A stretch of 64,000 bases of DNA from Planctomycetota bacterium (GTDB lineage: Bacteria; Planctomycetota; UBA8108; SXIK01): positions 1,088,001 to 1,152,000 of the forward strand of contig OZ244999.1 of NCBI GenBank assembly GCA_965223265.1. The letters run 5' to 3'. Under the pieces are notes generated by a model. The model was not told the DNA's origin. It made no database searches and saw nothing but the letters and a program-made list of their open reading frames with translations. Below, piece after piece: positions 18,471 through 28,722 of the stretch (the stretch's first letter is position 1; every line of letters starts with the position of its first letter). The translations under genes were made by a program, and so were the position numbers.

Positions 18471-19010
18471 ATGAAACCGGGAAAGGTCGTCATACTCAAC
18501 GGTCCCTCCAGCTCTGGGAAGACCACTGTCTCGCTGGCAACCCGGGACCTCCACGGACCCGCGTGTAGCGTCGTTTCAATTGACCAGTTCTATCAGTCGG
18601 TGAATCCAGCGAGAGACAACAATTGGGAACTGTTCTATACGCTGACCCAAGTACTCCTTGATTCCGCCAGCTCGTTTGCGAAGCATGGATTCGACGTCGT
18701 CGTTGACACCGTCTTTGAACGCCGAGATTGCTTTGAAGCATGCCTTCAGTCATTCACCGGCGTAGAAACTCGCCTCGTCGGATTAACGGCACCCTTGGAA
18801 ATCCTGAGCGCGCGCGAAAGGAGGAGAGGTAACCGTCGTCCGGGTCTCGCAAGAGAACAAAGCGTAAGAGTTCACGAAGGCTTCGTGTACGACCTCATGC
18901 TTGACACGTCCGAACTTCCAGTCGACGAGTGCGCAGCTGAAATCCTCCGGCTGTTTGGGCGGAGTCCATGCACCACGGTCACCAAGAAGGGCAAGGGCGC
19001 ACCCGATTAA
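18471..19010 (+). CDS. Chloramphenicol phosphotransferase-like P-loop kinase
   Basis: VVILNGPSSSGKTT, VVVDTV, RERRRGNRRPGLAREQ, YDLMLDTS. Confidence 0.85.
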   Translation: MKPGKVVILNGPSSSGKTTVSLATRDLHGPACSVVSIDQFYQSVNPARDNNWELFYTLTQVLLDSASSFAKHGFDVVVDTVFERRDCFEACLQSFTGVETRLVGLTAPLEILSARERRRGNRRPGLAREQSVRVHEGFVYDLMLDTSELPVDECAAEILRLFGRSPCTTVTKKGKGAPD

Positions 19011-19189
19011 CTCAACATAACGAGTATCCTCGGAAATTCTCTCGTTCTCTCGCAAGAGGTGATCGACAGTGTCCTTTATCGCGGATTAAAGCAGGGAACA
19101 GATGCTTTCGTTGGTCGAGACATGTTCGAATGAGTTGACCCGGCCCAACACAGAAGCTGAGCGCCCAACTTGCCCAAGGAGTAGGGAAC

Positions 19190-21235
19190 ATGAACACGTT
19201 TCGACTCGTGTCCTCCCGGCTCAGCATGGCGCTGGCCATGCCGGTTCTTTTCTGCTCCGCTGCCCTGGCTGACGACTGGCCCATGTTCGGCCGCGACGCG
19301 ACACGCAACGGCGTCAGCCCGGAGAAGGGAGCGCCGCTCCACTGGACGGTGGATCTCACGAGCGATGGGGGCGCCATCGGATCTGGGCAAAACATCAAGT
19401 GGTCGGTGAAGCTCGGGTCGATGACCGTCGGCGATCCGGTCGTGGCAGACGGGATCGTCTGGGTCGGAACCAATAACGACGAAAGACGAGACCCGCGCGG
19501 AACGTATAAGAGTGATGCCAGTGTCCTCCTCGCCCTTCGCGAGTCCGATGGCAAGCTGCTCTACCGCTACGAGTCTCCACGCCTGCGGGGTAGTAGATTC
19601 CAGGACTGGCCGGGGTCGAGCCTCGCTTGCTCTCCCTTGATCGAAGGTGACCGGGTCTGGTTCACGACCAACCGCTGTGAGACGGTCTGCCTCGACGTCG
19701 GAGCGCTTCGACGCGGCCACGGCAAGCCGCAGCTCCTCTGGAAAGTGGACATGGTGGAGGAGCTCGGCGTGTTCCCTCGGAGCGCCGCCATGCACTTCTC
19801 ACATCTTTGTTCCGTAGCGTCCTTTGAAGATTTCATCTACGTCATAACGAACAACGGAGTGAGTCGGGACTTCCGGACCGTTCCCGCCCCGGACGCGCCC
19901 AGTGTCGTCTGCTTCGCCAAGTACACGGGGAAGGTGGTGTGGATGGACGCGTCCCCGGGCGAGAATCTCCTCCTCAGCCAATGGTCCAGCGCTCTTGTCG
20001 CCAACATCGACGGCCGCCCGCAGGTGATCGCTCCACAGGGCGACGGCTGGTTGCGATCCTTTGACGCGCGAACCGGCAAGTTGATCTGGGAATTCGACTC
20101 GAATCCGAAAAGTGCAAAGTGGGCACCGAGTGGGCGTGGGACAAGGAACGACCTCCCTGCGACCCCCGTTTTCTACGAGAACCGCGTCTACATCGGCAAT
20201 GGTAGTCATCCGGAAGCCGGCGGTGGGCCGGCTTGGCTCTACTGCTTGGACCCGACGAAGCAAGGGGATATCAGCTTAGAACTGCCCGCTGGTCCTAGTC
20301 AGGGTAAGCCAAATCCGAACTCCGGTGTCGTGTGGAGGTATGGCGGGAAGGAAACCTTCAACCGAACCGTTGCCAACGTGACGATTCACGATGGACTCCT
20401 CATTGCGGCGGACCTCTACGGCTTGGTTCACTGTCTCGACGCCAAGACCGGACAGCCGTACTGGGTCCACGAGACTGAATCGGGACTGTTTGGATCTCCG
20501 CTCATCGTCGACGGCAAGGTCTATCTGGGCGATGAGGACGGTCAGGTGTGGATCTTCGCTCTCGCGAGGCAGAAGAAGGTGCTCGCGAAGATCGATATGG
20601 GCTCCACCATCTACTGCTCGCCGATCTTCGCCAACGGCGTTCTCTACGTTGCGACGCGCACGCGACTCTTCGCTATCGCTGGTGATGCGAAGAAGGAGAG
20701 GACAGATCCGATCGACGCGTCATCGGTGTCAATTAGACAGCCGCGAGGTCCACGAGCCGCGTACACCCCGACTCCGCGAGACGTCGTCGAGACGATGCTC
20801 AAGCTGGCGAAGGTCACCGAAGACGACGTCGTCTACGATCTGGGTTCGGGCGATGGCCGCATCGTGATCGCGGCGGCGCAAAAGTACGGCTGCAAGGCGG
20901 TCGGTTACGAGATCGATGCCGAGCTCGTCACTGATTCGAAGAAGAGCGTCGAAGCCAAGAAGCTCGAACACCTAGTCACGATCGAACGCCACGATCTCTT
21001 CGATGTCGATCTCGCTCCCGCCACTGTGGTCACATTGTATTTGTTACCGCGTATGAACGAAAAGTTGATCCCACAGCTTGCGAAGCTGAAGTCTGGATCA
21101 CGGATTGTCGCACATGAGTTTCCGATCCCAGGTGTGAAGCCGGTGAGGGTGCTCGAGGTGGAGTCGGTGGAGGATCTTACCAAGCGGAGTGTTTTCTTAT
21201 ATCGGACACCGCTGGAGAAACAGACAAAGCCGTGA
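19190..21235 (+). CDS. Secreted PQQ-like beta-propeller protein fused to a class I SAM methyltransferase
   Basis: DWPMFGRDATRNG and propeller repeats; C-terminal YTPTPRDVVETML...YDLGSGDGRIVI. Confidence 0.85.
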   Translation: MNTFRLVSSRLSMALAMPVLFCSAALADDWPMFGRDATRNGVSPEKGAPLHWTVDLTSDGGAIGSGQNIKWSVKLGSMTVGDPVVADGIVWVGTNNDERRDPRGTYKSDASVLLALRESDGKLLYRYESPRLRGSRFQDWPGSSLACSPLIEGDRVWFTTNRCETVCLDVGALRRGHGKPQLLWKVDMVEELGVFPRSAAMHFSHLCSVASFEDFIYVITNNGVSRDFRTVPAPDAPSVVCFAKYTGKVVWMDASPGENLLLSQWSSALVANIDGRPQVIAPQGDGWLRSFDARTGKLIWEFDSNPKSAKWAPSGRGTRNDLPATPVFYENRVYIGNGSHPEAGGGPAWLYCLDPTKQGDISLELPAGPSQGKPNPNSGVVWRYGGKETFNRTVANVTIHDGLLIAADLYGLVHCLDAKTGQPYWVHETESGLFGSPLIVDGKVYLGDEDGQVWIFALARQKKVLAKIDMGSTIYCSPIFANGVLYVATRTRLFAIAGDAKKERTDPIDASSVSIRQPRGPRAAYTPTPRDVVETMLKLAKVTEDDVVYDLGSGDGRIVIAAAQKYGCKAVGYEIDAELVTDSKKSVEAKKLEHLVTIERHDLFDVDLAPATVVTLYLLPRMNEKLIPQLAKLKSGSRIVAHEFPIPGVKPVRVLEVESVEDLTKRSVFLYRTPLEKQTKP

Positions 21236-21498
21236 TTCCGGAAGGCGTCGAGCGGAGGCGTGCATCGAATTCTTCTGTACATGACGCAGCTGAAGATCAA
21301 GAAGCCGGCGACGCAGTGAAGGAGTCCCAGAGAATGTCAGAGAAAAGTTCGAACCCGGCATCGCCCACCTCGTTCCGAGCCCCGTCTCAACCCAAGAACG
21401 ACCCGGGCTTCCTCCGTTTGTCACAGCTTTCGGAACTTTGGTGCACGGACTACTCACACGCAAACCGACTACACCCCAAGCTCGCCACCGGCGCCGGG

Positions 21499-21822
21499 TC
21501 AGCGCCGCAGGTGGGGTACGGCGCCGCTGGGGAGATCGCCGTTGCCGAAGAGAAAGTTGAAGACGTAGACCGGGTCGGCGATGTCGAGCTCCTGGTCGCC
21601 GTTGCAGTCGCCACGGAGGAACTGGGGTCTGAGGTCCTCCAGAGTCATGTCGCAGAGGGGCGCCACGCTCCAGAGACCAAGAGACGGCTGGCCAGAGGCA
21701 GCGATGCCGACGTGGACCTCAGCCGGAAGTCCCTCGACGGTGACCGTGTTTGCCTTGCCCCAGCTGGTTCCCTCTTCTGATGCGTAGGCCTGGATTGTGT
21801 CACCGATTCTGTCGATCCGGAG
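21499..21822 (-). pseudogene. 3' remnant of a secreted protein with a dockerin-like FLRGDCN motif, cut at the IS end
   Basis: FLRGDCNGDQELDIADPVYVFNFLF; the 5' part is replaced by the IS terminus at 21823. Confidence 0.55.
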
Positions 21823-23185
21823 CCCGTCGTGTCCAAAAACCGAAACGGCAAACAAATCCTCGTGTCCCTTTGACTTGCCCGCGGTGGACGTCGACGAATT
21901 ACGATCGAAAACGCGTGCGAACCAGAGTTGAGGGCTGGAAGGAACAGGAGCCCGAACAGCCGCGTTGTCGTCAGCGTCGGTTGCGACGGGTGATGACCGG
22001 AGAGAAAAAAACGCGAGATCTACGCTGCCTCCCGGTAGTAGTACCGAAGCATTCCGCCGAGCCGCTCACGACAGCAAACTTCTCCACTTGTGTCTCCGAC
22101 ACTGTCATCGCGTTCGATCAACTGGTTGCCGAGGCCTCGGTGACAGCGTTTCCGATGGTAATGATCGACAAACGAGCCGATCGCGCGCCTGAGGGATTGC
22201 TCCGTAAAGAAGATCATGCGATCGAGACACTCGCTCTTGATCGAGCGAACGAATCGCTCGGCGTGGGCATTCAAGTTTGACTCCGCACTGGCAGTCGCAC
22301 GATGTTCGTTCCGAAGTCGTCCAGGAACTTCTGAAACTCGGCGGTGTACTTTCCGCCGTGATCGAGGAGCAGGTACCGTTTCCCCAGGAGGAACCCGTCG
22401 AACGAATCGGTCAGGATTCGCGCGATCTGCAGCATGAACCGACTGTCTGGGTTTCGCGTGATGCCTGCGACATGAACCCGCCGCGAGGAGAGCTCTGTGA
22501 AGAAGTGCACGTAGTACGTGATCAAACCCGGGGCCGAGCGACTTCGACCGTGAAGAAGCCGGCGGCGGACAACGTCTCCCAGTGAGCGTTCAAGAATTTG
22601 CGCCATGGGGTTCGCTTACTACGCTCGTGAGAAGGCTCGATTCCGTTCTCCCGGAGGATGTTGGCAATCGTTCCGCGTGAGACCTCGTGGCCGAGATGAG
22701 CCAAAGCACCTCTAATCCTCGTGTATCCCCAGCGAGGATTTTCTCGAGCCATTCGGAGGACCAGGTCCGCGATGTCCGTCTTGATCCGTGGTCGTCCGAT
22801 TCTCTTTCGTCGGGAACTGTAGTCCCATTTCTTAGCGACGAGCTGCCGATACCAGCGCATGATTGTGTCTGGCGTGACGATCGTCGCGACAGCCTCGAGA
22901 ATGTTCCGGCCAAGTGCTTCCCCTTCACGGCAAGCCTTCGGCGTTCGTCATCAGTGAGACGCAGGCGTTTTCCGCGAAGCTGACCCGTGAGGACTCGGTT
23001 TTCCTCAACCAGATAGTCAATGACGTCTTGCTGATGCCGGTTGATCCAGCCGGCGAAGGTGATGACGAGTAATTGCCAAGGGTGAAACGCGTTCACTCAC
23101 ACGATGATAATCGAGCGCGCACCAAGCGTACAATTGACGGGGTGGACATGGGTCATGAAACGTTCGAGTTTTTGGACAGGACGGG
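21823..23185 (-). mobile_element. Decayed IS with an integrase-core (rve, IS3/IS481-like) transposase
   Basis: Inverted ends CCCGTC(G/C)TGTCCAAAAAC; transposase 23096-22020 in several frames ([42 protein letters not shown]). Confidence 0.85.
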
Positions 23186-24993
23186 CATGAGTTGTGATTC
23201 GTTTGAGCTTTTGGACATCACGAGCTTCCCGGCCCGGCATCGTCGCCGGCCAAGAGGTATTCAGCTCAGCCAGTCGGACGCCGACACGGTACCGGCGGTC
23301 TTCTCTGGAAAAACGACATAGCGTTCGGTCCCCAGTGCGAACTCGACGTCGCCGCGAAGCAGTGCGGCGGTCACGTCGGGTTCGTCTGCGATATCTGAGA
23401 CCTCGGTTACCGTTCCGGTTTCCCAGAACAGACGTCTCAAGAAGTCTGCGGTGGATTCGCCTTGCTCGCGCTCAAATCTCTGCGCCTGGTCGTCACGCAC
23501 GACTACGGCGTCTGCCCGCGCGGCCGCGTGAAACAACGCGAGCTCATACATCGACATCCGCACGCCACTGTCGAAGTAGGCAATCACTTCTGGGCAGATC
23601 TTCTGAATGGCCTTGGTGGAGGTCTCGACGTTATTCAAGGCAGGCATGCCCTTGGAATAGAGGTCCAGCCAGTGGAGCTTCTCATCGACGAGGTCGAACA
23701 CGACCGGAACATAGATTCCTCTTTCGCCTTGCAGGCTGAACTTCATCTCAACGGTTCGGGCGTCGAAGTGCTTTCCGTCGGTATCTTCGCGCACCATGTA
23801 GCCGGCAAATGCCCGGTCGAGCTGGCTAAAAGCCAGACCAGCGTAAGCGTTGACCACCATAACGGCATATCGGACGTCGCTCTCGAGTATCGCGTTGCAG
23901 TCGATATCTACGAACTCACTTGAACCATCAGGATAAGGAGCACTCGTGAGATCACCCGCGCTCCTGGCCAGCGTCTTGCCGTCGACCTGGCACTGGAGCT
24001 CGTAATATGAGCACACGCCGCGATACGCCCAGTTGCTGTCGTAAAAACCGACCGAGAGATCGATATCGGTGTCGGCGACGTTCCGGTTTGGCTCGCACCA
24101 GTGCAGGAATAGACGGATAAACTTCCCAGCCTGCGCTGGTGCTTCGATCGTTGAGCCGCGTGGCAGGGCGATGGCGCTCGGACTGGCCGTTCTTTCGTTA
24201 AACGGCACCATGATCTTCTTTAGGGAACGGTCCAAGAGCCACGTCGACGACCTTGGAAGCGTTCCGAAGCGGACGAGAAGCGCCATCTCTATCGATTCCG
24301 TGACTCGCCGAACGGTGTCGCTGTCGATCGTCGAGCGTTGGTCCGGCGCCGAAATGCCGCCAGCAGTACCACCCTTCGGCCAGTAGATCCGAACCGGCAC
24401 AGGCTTGGTGCGAGAGAGGAAGTGGTTCCGTAGCGTCACGAGCATCGGCGTGGGCAGCTGATTCACGATGGAGGTGAACGCTGCGACGGTATCGTCGATG
24501 ATCTCGGGGCGTCCACGAGCGACTCGCAGCAGGTGGTCAAGCCGTCTCGCCAGTTCGCCCGGTCGCTCATGCAACATCCGAATTGCCCCGACGACATTCC
24601 TCGCTGCAAGTGCTGCTTCCACTCTTCCATGGAACGACTGGAATGCCGCAGCCTTCTCGCCGCTTGGCGACTTCTTGCGAACCACTGCGAAGGCTCGCGC
24701 GAGCTTGGGATAGCGAGAGGCGTACTCGTGCGGGTGAAGAAGCTCTCCGACCTGCTGAGTCCCACAAACTCTGGCTCGTGAGCAGCGACGAGTCTCAGAT
24801 TCACTGACCCGGAAACGCCCCGGCATACCCCGCCGAACCGACCGTCCGATCATACCCCGCCTACCCCGCGCCCCCCGTTCGACGCTGCGCCCTGGACCTT
24901 CGCTCGACTCCTCGCCTCACCTCGAGTAAAGAGGGGAGCGGAGAGACCGGTGTTGGTGCACTTCTCTCCGCAAGTCCCCGTACGGAGAGAGCG

Positions 24994-25662
24994 ATGCTAC
25001 CCCATTTGGTCAACGCGATACAGAGCTATGGCGAAGCTGTTCGCCGCCGTGAGATCCAGCCGACCTGTAACCGCTGCCCGAATTGCAGCGGGGAGCCAGA
25101 TCGGTTCCGCTACCGCGGTCACCGAGAGCGCGTGTTCCTCGTTATCGTCAGGCGTCTGGTCGAACCTGTCCTGTCGCTTCTGAGTCGCTGGAAGTGTCCT
25201 CTGTGTAAGCGCTCCTTCACGCTCTACCCGCCCTTCGCGCTGCCGGGGAAACGCTACGTTCGCGACTGCGTTTTCGATCACGCTCGGCGCTACCTCCAGA
25301 TCGACGAGCTTTCGTATCGCGAAGCCGTCAAGGTCGAACACATGCCCGTCTTCCACGAGGGTGACGACAGGGGAGCGATCGACGAGCGCAGCCTCGCGCA
25401 CTCAACACTTCATCGTTGGCTTTCGTTCTTTCGCTCTCTCAACGCCACGCTCCTGGAGGCTCTCCGCCTCATCCGAGAGCGCTCGGCGAGGTCCGACATC
25501 TTCCGCAAGGTCTTCGCCGTCCGTCCAGCCAAGTACCGAAGCGAATCACGGCGGGACACTCTCGTCGCGGCACTTCGAGCTCTCTCGATCGACCAGGTGT
25601 TCCGTTCCCTCTTCGGCCGATCGATCTTCCCCGACTTGGCAACCTCCGCAGCCTGGGCGTGA
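24994..25662 (+). CDS. Zinc-ribbon/HTH transposon protein (DUF6431-like)
   Basis: CPNC...RWKCPLCKRSFTLYPPFALPGKRY, AHSTLHRW. Confidence 0.7.
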   Translation: MLPHLVNAIQSYGEAVRRREIQPTCNRCPNCSGEPDRFRYRGHRERVFLVIVRRLVEPVLSLLSRWKCPLCKRSFTLYPPFALPGKRYVRDCVFDHARRYLQIDELSYREAVKVEHMPVFHEGDDRGAIDERSLAHSTLHRWLSFFRSLNATLLEALRLIRERSARSDIFRKVFAVRPAKYRSESRRDTLVAALRALSIDQVFRSLFGRSIFPDLATSAAWA

Positions 25663-25702
25663 GCGAGAATCACGCCTCGCTCGCCCCATGCGAGGTGTGA
25701 TC

Positions 25703-27265
25703 ATGAAAGCGAAAGATCTCGATTGGGCTATCTTCTGGGCGGCTCTTCTCCAGCCCGTCGTCATCGGCGAGGTGCCGGAGGAGGAAGCCGCGCGATTTCT
25801 CCGCGAGCTCGCCAAAGAAGAGCGCATCTTTCCCGACGGATCGCGACGCAAGCCGGCTCTTTCGACCCTGAGGCGGAAGCTTCGCATCTATCGCGAGGAG
25901 GGCTTCGAGGGTCTTGCCCGCAGGCCGCGAAGCGATCGCGGGAAACCGCGTGCCCACGGCAAAGAGCTCGTCGAGAAAGCCGTCGAGCTGAAGCGTGATC
26001 AGCCACTGCGCTCCCACTTCGCCATCAACAAGTTCCTCCAGGCTCAGCACGGAAAGACCATTCCGCGTTCGACCCTCTTCCGCTACCTCAAGATCGCCGG
26101 CGCGACGCGGCTGAAGCTCGGTGTCGAGAGGAGGAAAGTCCGGAAACGCTGGACTCGTGACTCCACCCATGCCCTCTGGGTCGGCGACTTCGCCGATGGA
26201 CCCTACGTGCTGCACGACGGCGAAGTCGTCCCCACCTTCCTCTGTGTTCTCATCGACTGCTACAGCCGCTCGCTCGTCGAGGGGCGCTACTACCTTCGGC
26301 AAAATCTCGAGGTCTTGATCGACTGCTTGCTGCGGGCGTGGGCCAAGCACGGCGCTTCGGACGAGCTCTATGTCGATCAGGCGAAGGTCTATATCTCCAA
26401 AGCGCTCAAGGCGGCATGCCTTGCCGTTGTCACCCGGCTCATCCATCGCGGCAAGGGCGATCCGCCACCGGGTGGTCTCGTCGAACGACTCATCGAGACG
26501 ATACAGGGCCAGTTCGAGGCCGAGGTCAGAGCCGGCGAGATCCTCACTCTCGACTCGCTCAACGGAAGCTTCGATTCCTGGAAGACCGTGGCCTACCACC
26601 GCCAGGTCAACACCGAGACCGGCGAAACACCCGAGGCACGAGCCGAGGCCGGCCTCAAACGGCCTATCCGACACGTCGACATTCAGCGCGTCACCGAGTT
26701 CTTCATGTGCCGCGAGACGCGGCGCGTTCACCCGGACTTCTCCGACGTCCAGCTCGATCGCCGCTTCTATCGCGTCGACAAGAGTCTGCGCGGTGACAAG
26801 GTCGAAGTCCGCTACGATCCCTTCTCCGCGCCCGACACGGTTCTCATCTACTCCAGCAACGAAGAGTACCTCGGAAAGGGCGTCCTTCACGAGCGCGAAG
26901 AGGGCGAGGACGCCGGTGCTCCCGCCCCTCCCGCCAAAGCGAAGCACAACTATCTGGAGCTTCTTCGCCGTGAGCACGACGAGGAGCTCAAGAAGCGCGC
27001 CCAGGGGATCGACTACCGTCGTGTCATCGCCTCTCGCCAGTGGCCCTTCACCGACTTCGCATGCCTTCTCGGCCGGCTCATGGGGCGCAAGGGCGCCCTC
27101 TCGAGCTTCACCGCCGAGGAGCTCGAGGAACTCAAGAAGTTCTACAACCGTACTCCCAGCCTCACCGAAGTCCTCTTGCTGAGGGCCTTCGAGAAGGCTC
27201 CGGAGAAATCCATTCCCTACATCGCCTACGAGCTTCAACGACTCGCAGGCAGAAAGGAGGACTGA
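25703..27265 (+). CDS. DDE transposase (Mu/TnsB-like, IS481-related)
   Basis: GLARRPRSDRG, LWVGD, IDCYSR, LYVDQA, GLVER, and a Mu-type C-terminal VEVRYDP. Confidence 0.9.
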   Translation: MKAKDLDWAIFWAALLQPVVIGEVPEEEAARFLRELAKEERIFPDGSRRKPALSTLRRKLRIYREEGFEGLARRPRSDRGKPRAHGKELVEKAVELKRDQPLRSHFAINKFLQAQHGKTIPRSTLFRYLKIAGATRLKLGVERRKVRKRWTRDSTHALWVGDFADGPYVLHDGEVVPTFLCVLIDCYSRSLVEGRYYLRQNLEVLIDCLLRAWAKHGASDELYVDQAKVYISKALKAACLAVVTRLIHRGKGDPPPGGLVERLIETIQGQFEAEVRAGEILTLDSLNGSFDSWKTVAYHRQVNTETGETPEARAEAGLKRPIRHVDIQRVTEFFMCRETRRVHPDFSDVQLDRRFYRVDKSLRGDKVEVRYDPFSAPDTVLIYSSNEEYLGKGVLHEREEGEDAGAPAPPAKAKHNYLELLRREHDEELKKRAQGIDYRRVIASRQWPFTDFACLLGRLMGRKGALSSFTAEELEELKKFYNRTPSLTEVLLLRAFEKAPEKSIPYIAYELQRLAGRKED

Positions 27266-28056
27266 TGTTCACCACCCATTTCAAGATGACGACGCAGCCC
27301 TTTCTCGAGCGCGCGCCCGTCGAGCAGATTCTTTCCGACGAGCGCATCACCCAGGGACTCGCTCGACTGGAGTACCTCGCCAAGTCGGGCTCGATCGGCC
27401 TGGTGACCGGACTCACCGGGGTGGGGAAGTCGTCTCTGGTGAAGCTCTTCGTGCGCTCGCTGAGCCGCAACCTCTACGACCCGATCTATCTCTCGCTGAC
27501 CTACGTCGGGGCAAACGGCATTCTGAAGCTCCTGGTTTCCAGCCTCGGCGAGCAGCCCCGCCGTGGCAAGGAGCGGCTCTTCCTCCAGATCCTGGATCGC
27601 GTCGGGGCGAACGAGCACACGACAATCCTCGTCATCGATGAAGCGCACCTGCTTCCTTCGGAGTCGCTCACCGATCTGAGACTTCTGGTCAGCTCCGGAC
27701 TCGAGGACGGCCCGCCATTGAAGATCCTCCTCAGCGGACAAGAGACCCTGAGAAAGGAGCTTACCCGAGCGCGCCACGCCGATCTCACGCATCGGCTCAG
27801 CGTGCGCTACCACGTGCCGCCGCTCAGCAAGGAGCAGACGGTCGAGTACATCGACTTTCAGATGCGCGCAGCCGGCGCCTCGCAGAAAGTCTTCGAGCCT
27901 GAAGCGAAGTCGCTCATCCACGACTACTCAAGCGGCGTGCCGCGGCGCATCAACAACATCGCCACCGCCTGCCTCATTCAGGCCGCGAGCAAGAACGTCC
28001 AGAAGATCTCCGAGGCGCTCGTCAACGACACCGCCCCCGAGTTCCATCTGCCCTGA
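27265..28056 (+). CDS. ExeA-family AAA ATPase (transposition helper)
   Basis: GLTGVGKS, LVIDEAHLL, SGQ, SSGVPRRINN. Confidence 0.9.
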   Translation: MFTTHFKMTTQPFLERAPVEQILSDERITQGLARLEYLAKSGSIGLVTGLTGVGKSSLVKLFVRSLSRNLYDPIYLSLTYVGANGILKLLVSSLGEQPRRGKERLFLQILDRVGANEHTTILVIDEAHLLPSESLTDLRLLVSSGLEDGPPLKILLSGQETLRKELTRARHADLTHRLSVRYHVPPLSKEQTVEYIDFQMRAAGASQKVFEPEAKSLIHDYSSGVPRRINNIATACLIQAASKNVQKISEALVNDTAPEFHLP

Positions 28057-28075
28057 GAACGGAGACTGACGCGCC

Positions 28076-28369
28076 ATGTTCCACAAGACCCTGATGCCTC
28101 GAGTCAACGACTTCGCCGAGTATCCTGAGCTCGCCGTTTTGATGACCCTCGCGACGAACCTCGAGATCGCCCTGTTCGCTCTGAACGCCGCGTACCCCGA
28201 TCTCGACTTCGACTACACGCAACGCTCCTCCTACACCGAGCAAGACGCCTATCTCGCCGCCTTGGGCGCTCAGCTGCGAGCGCTCCAGATCGTCCTCGAA
28301 GAGTATCTCGAGAGCCTGCAACGAATCCGATATTTGAAGGCGCCGAGCGGTGGAGGTGGCGTCGCATGA
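28076..28369 (+). CDS. Small helical hypothetical transposon protein
   Basis: 97-aa ORF inside the element; RBS GGAG; ATGA-coupled to the next gene. Confidence 0.6.
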   Translation: MFHKTLMPRVNDFAEYPELAVLMTLATNLEIALFALNAAYPDLDFDYTQRSSYTEQDAYLAALGAQLRALQIVLEEYLESLQRIRYLKAPSGGGGVA

Positions 28370-28683
28370 CAGGACGATTCTCCGGCAAGCTCCTGCGGTC
28401 GTTGAGAAACGATATACCGATCGCGTGGCTCCTCGATCTGCTCGGCGTCCCCGCGAAAATCTCCGAGGGCTACGTGCGCTTCCTCTGTCCGCGGTGTCGC
28501 GAATTCAACACCGCGACGAAGGCGTCCACCAACCTCGCGCGTTGCTTTCGCTGCGAGACGAACTTCAACCCGATCGACCTGGTCATGATCGTCAAGCGGC
28601 TGAATTTCGTCGACGCCGTCGAGTTCCTCGCCGAGCTCCGCGATCGTCGCGGTGACGCTCGCGCCACGCCTCGCCCTTCGTGA
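28366..28683 (+). CDS. Stand-alone CHC2/primase-type zinc-finger protein
   Basis: FLCPRC...NLARCFRCETNFNPIDLVM...FVDAVEFL. Confidence 0.75.
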   Translation: MTGRFSGKLLRSLRNDIPIAWLLDLLGVPAKISEGYVRFLCPRCREFNTATKASTNLARCFRCETNFNPIDLVMIVKRLNFVDAVEFLAELRDRRGDARATPRPS

Positions 28684-28688
28684 TTCCC

Positions 28689-28722
28689 CGGGTCGTCGTG
28701 CCGTCCGGGACACGACGACCCG
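28689..28722 (+). terminator. Hairpin after the transposon operon
   Basis: 12-bp stem CGGGTCGTCGTG/CACGACGACCCG; no clear U-tract. Confidence 0.4.

Noticed and set aside
25670-27238. 522-aa antisense ORF opposite the transposase, and similar long antisense ORFs over narG/narH, phoD and the P-type ATPase
   Set aside because: Shadow ORFs expected from high-GC codon bias; no recognisable motifs.
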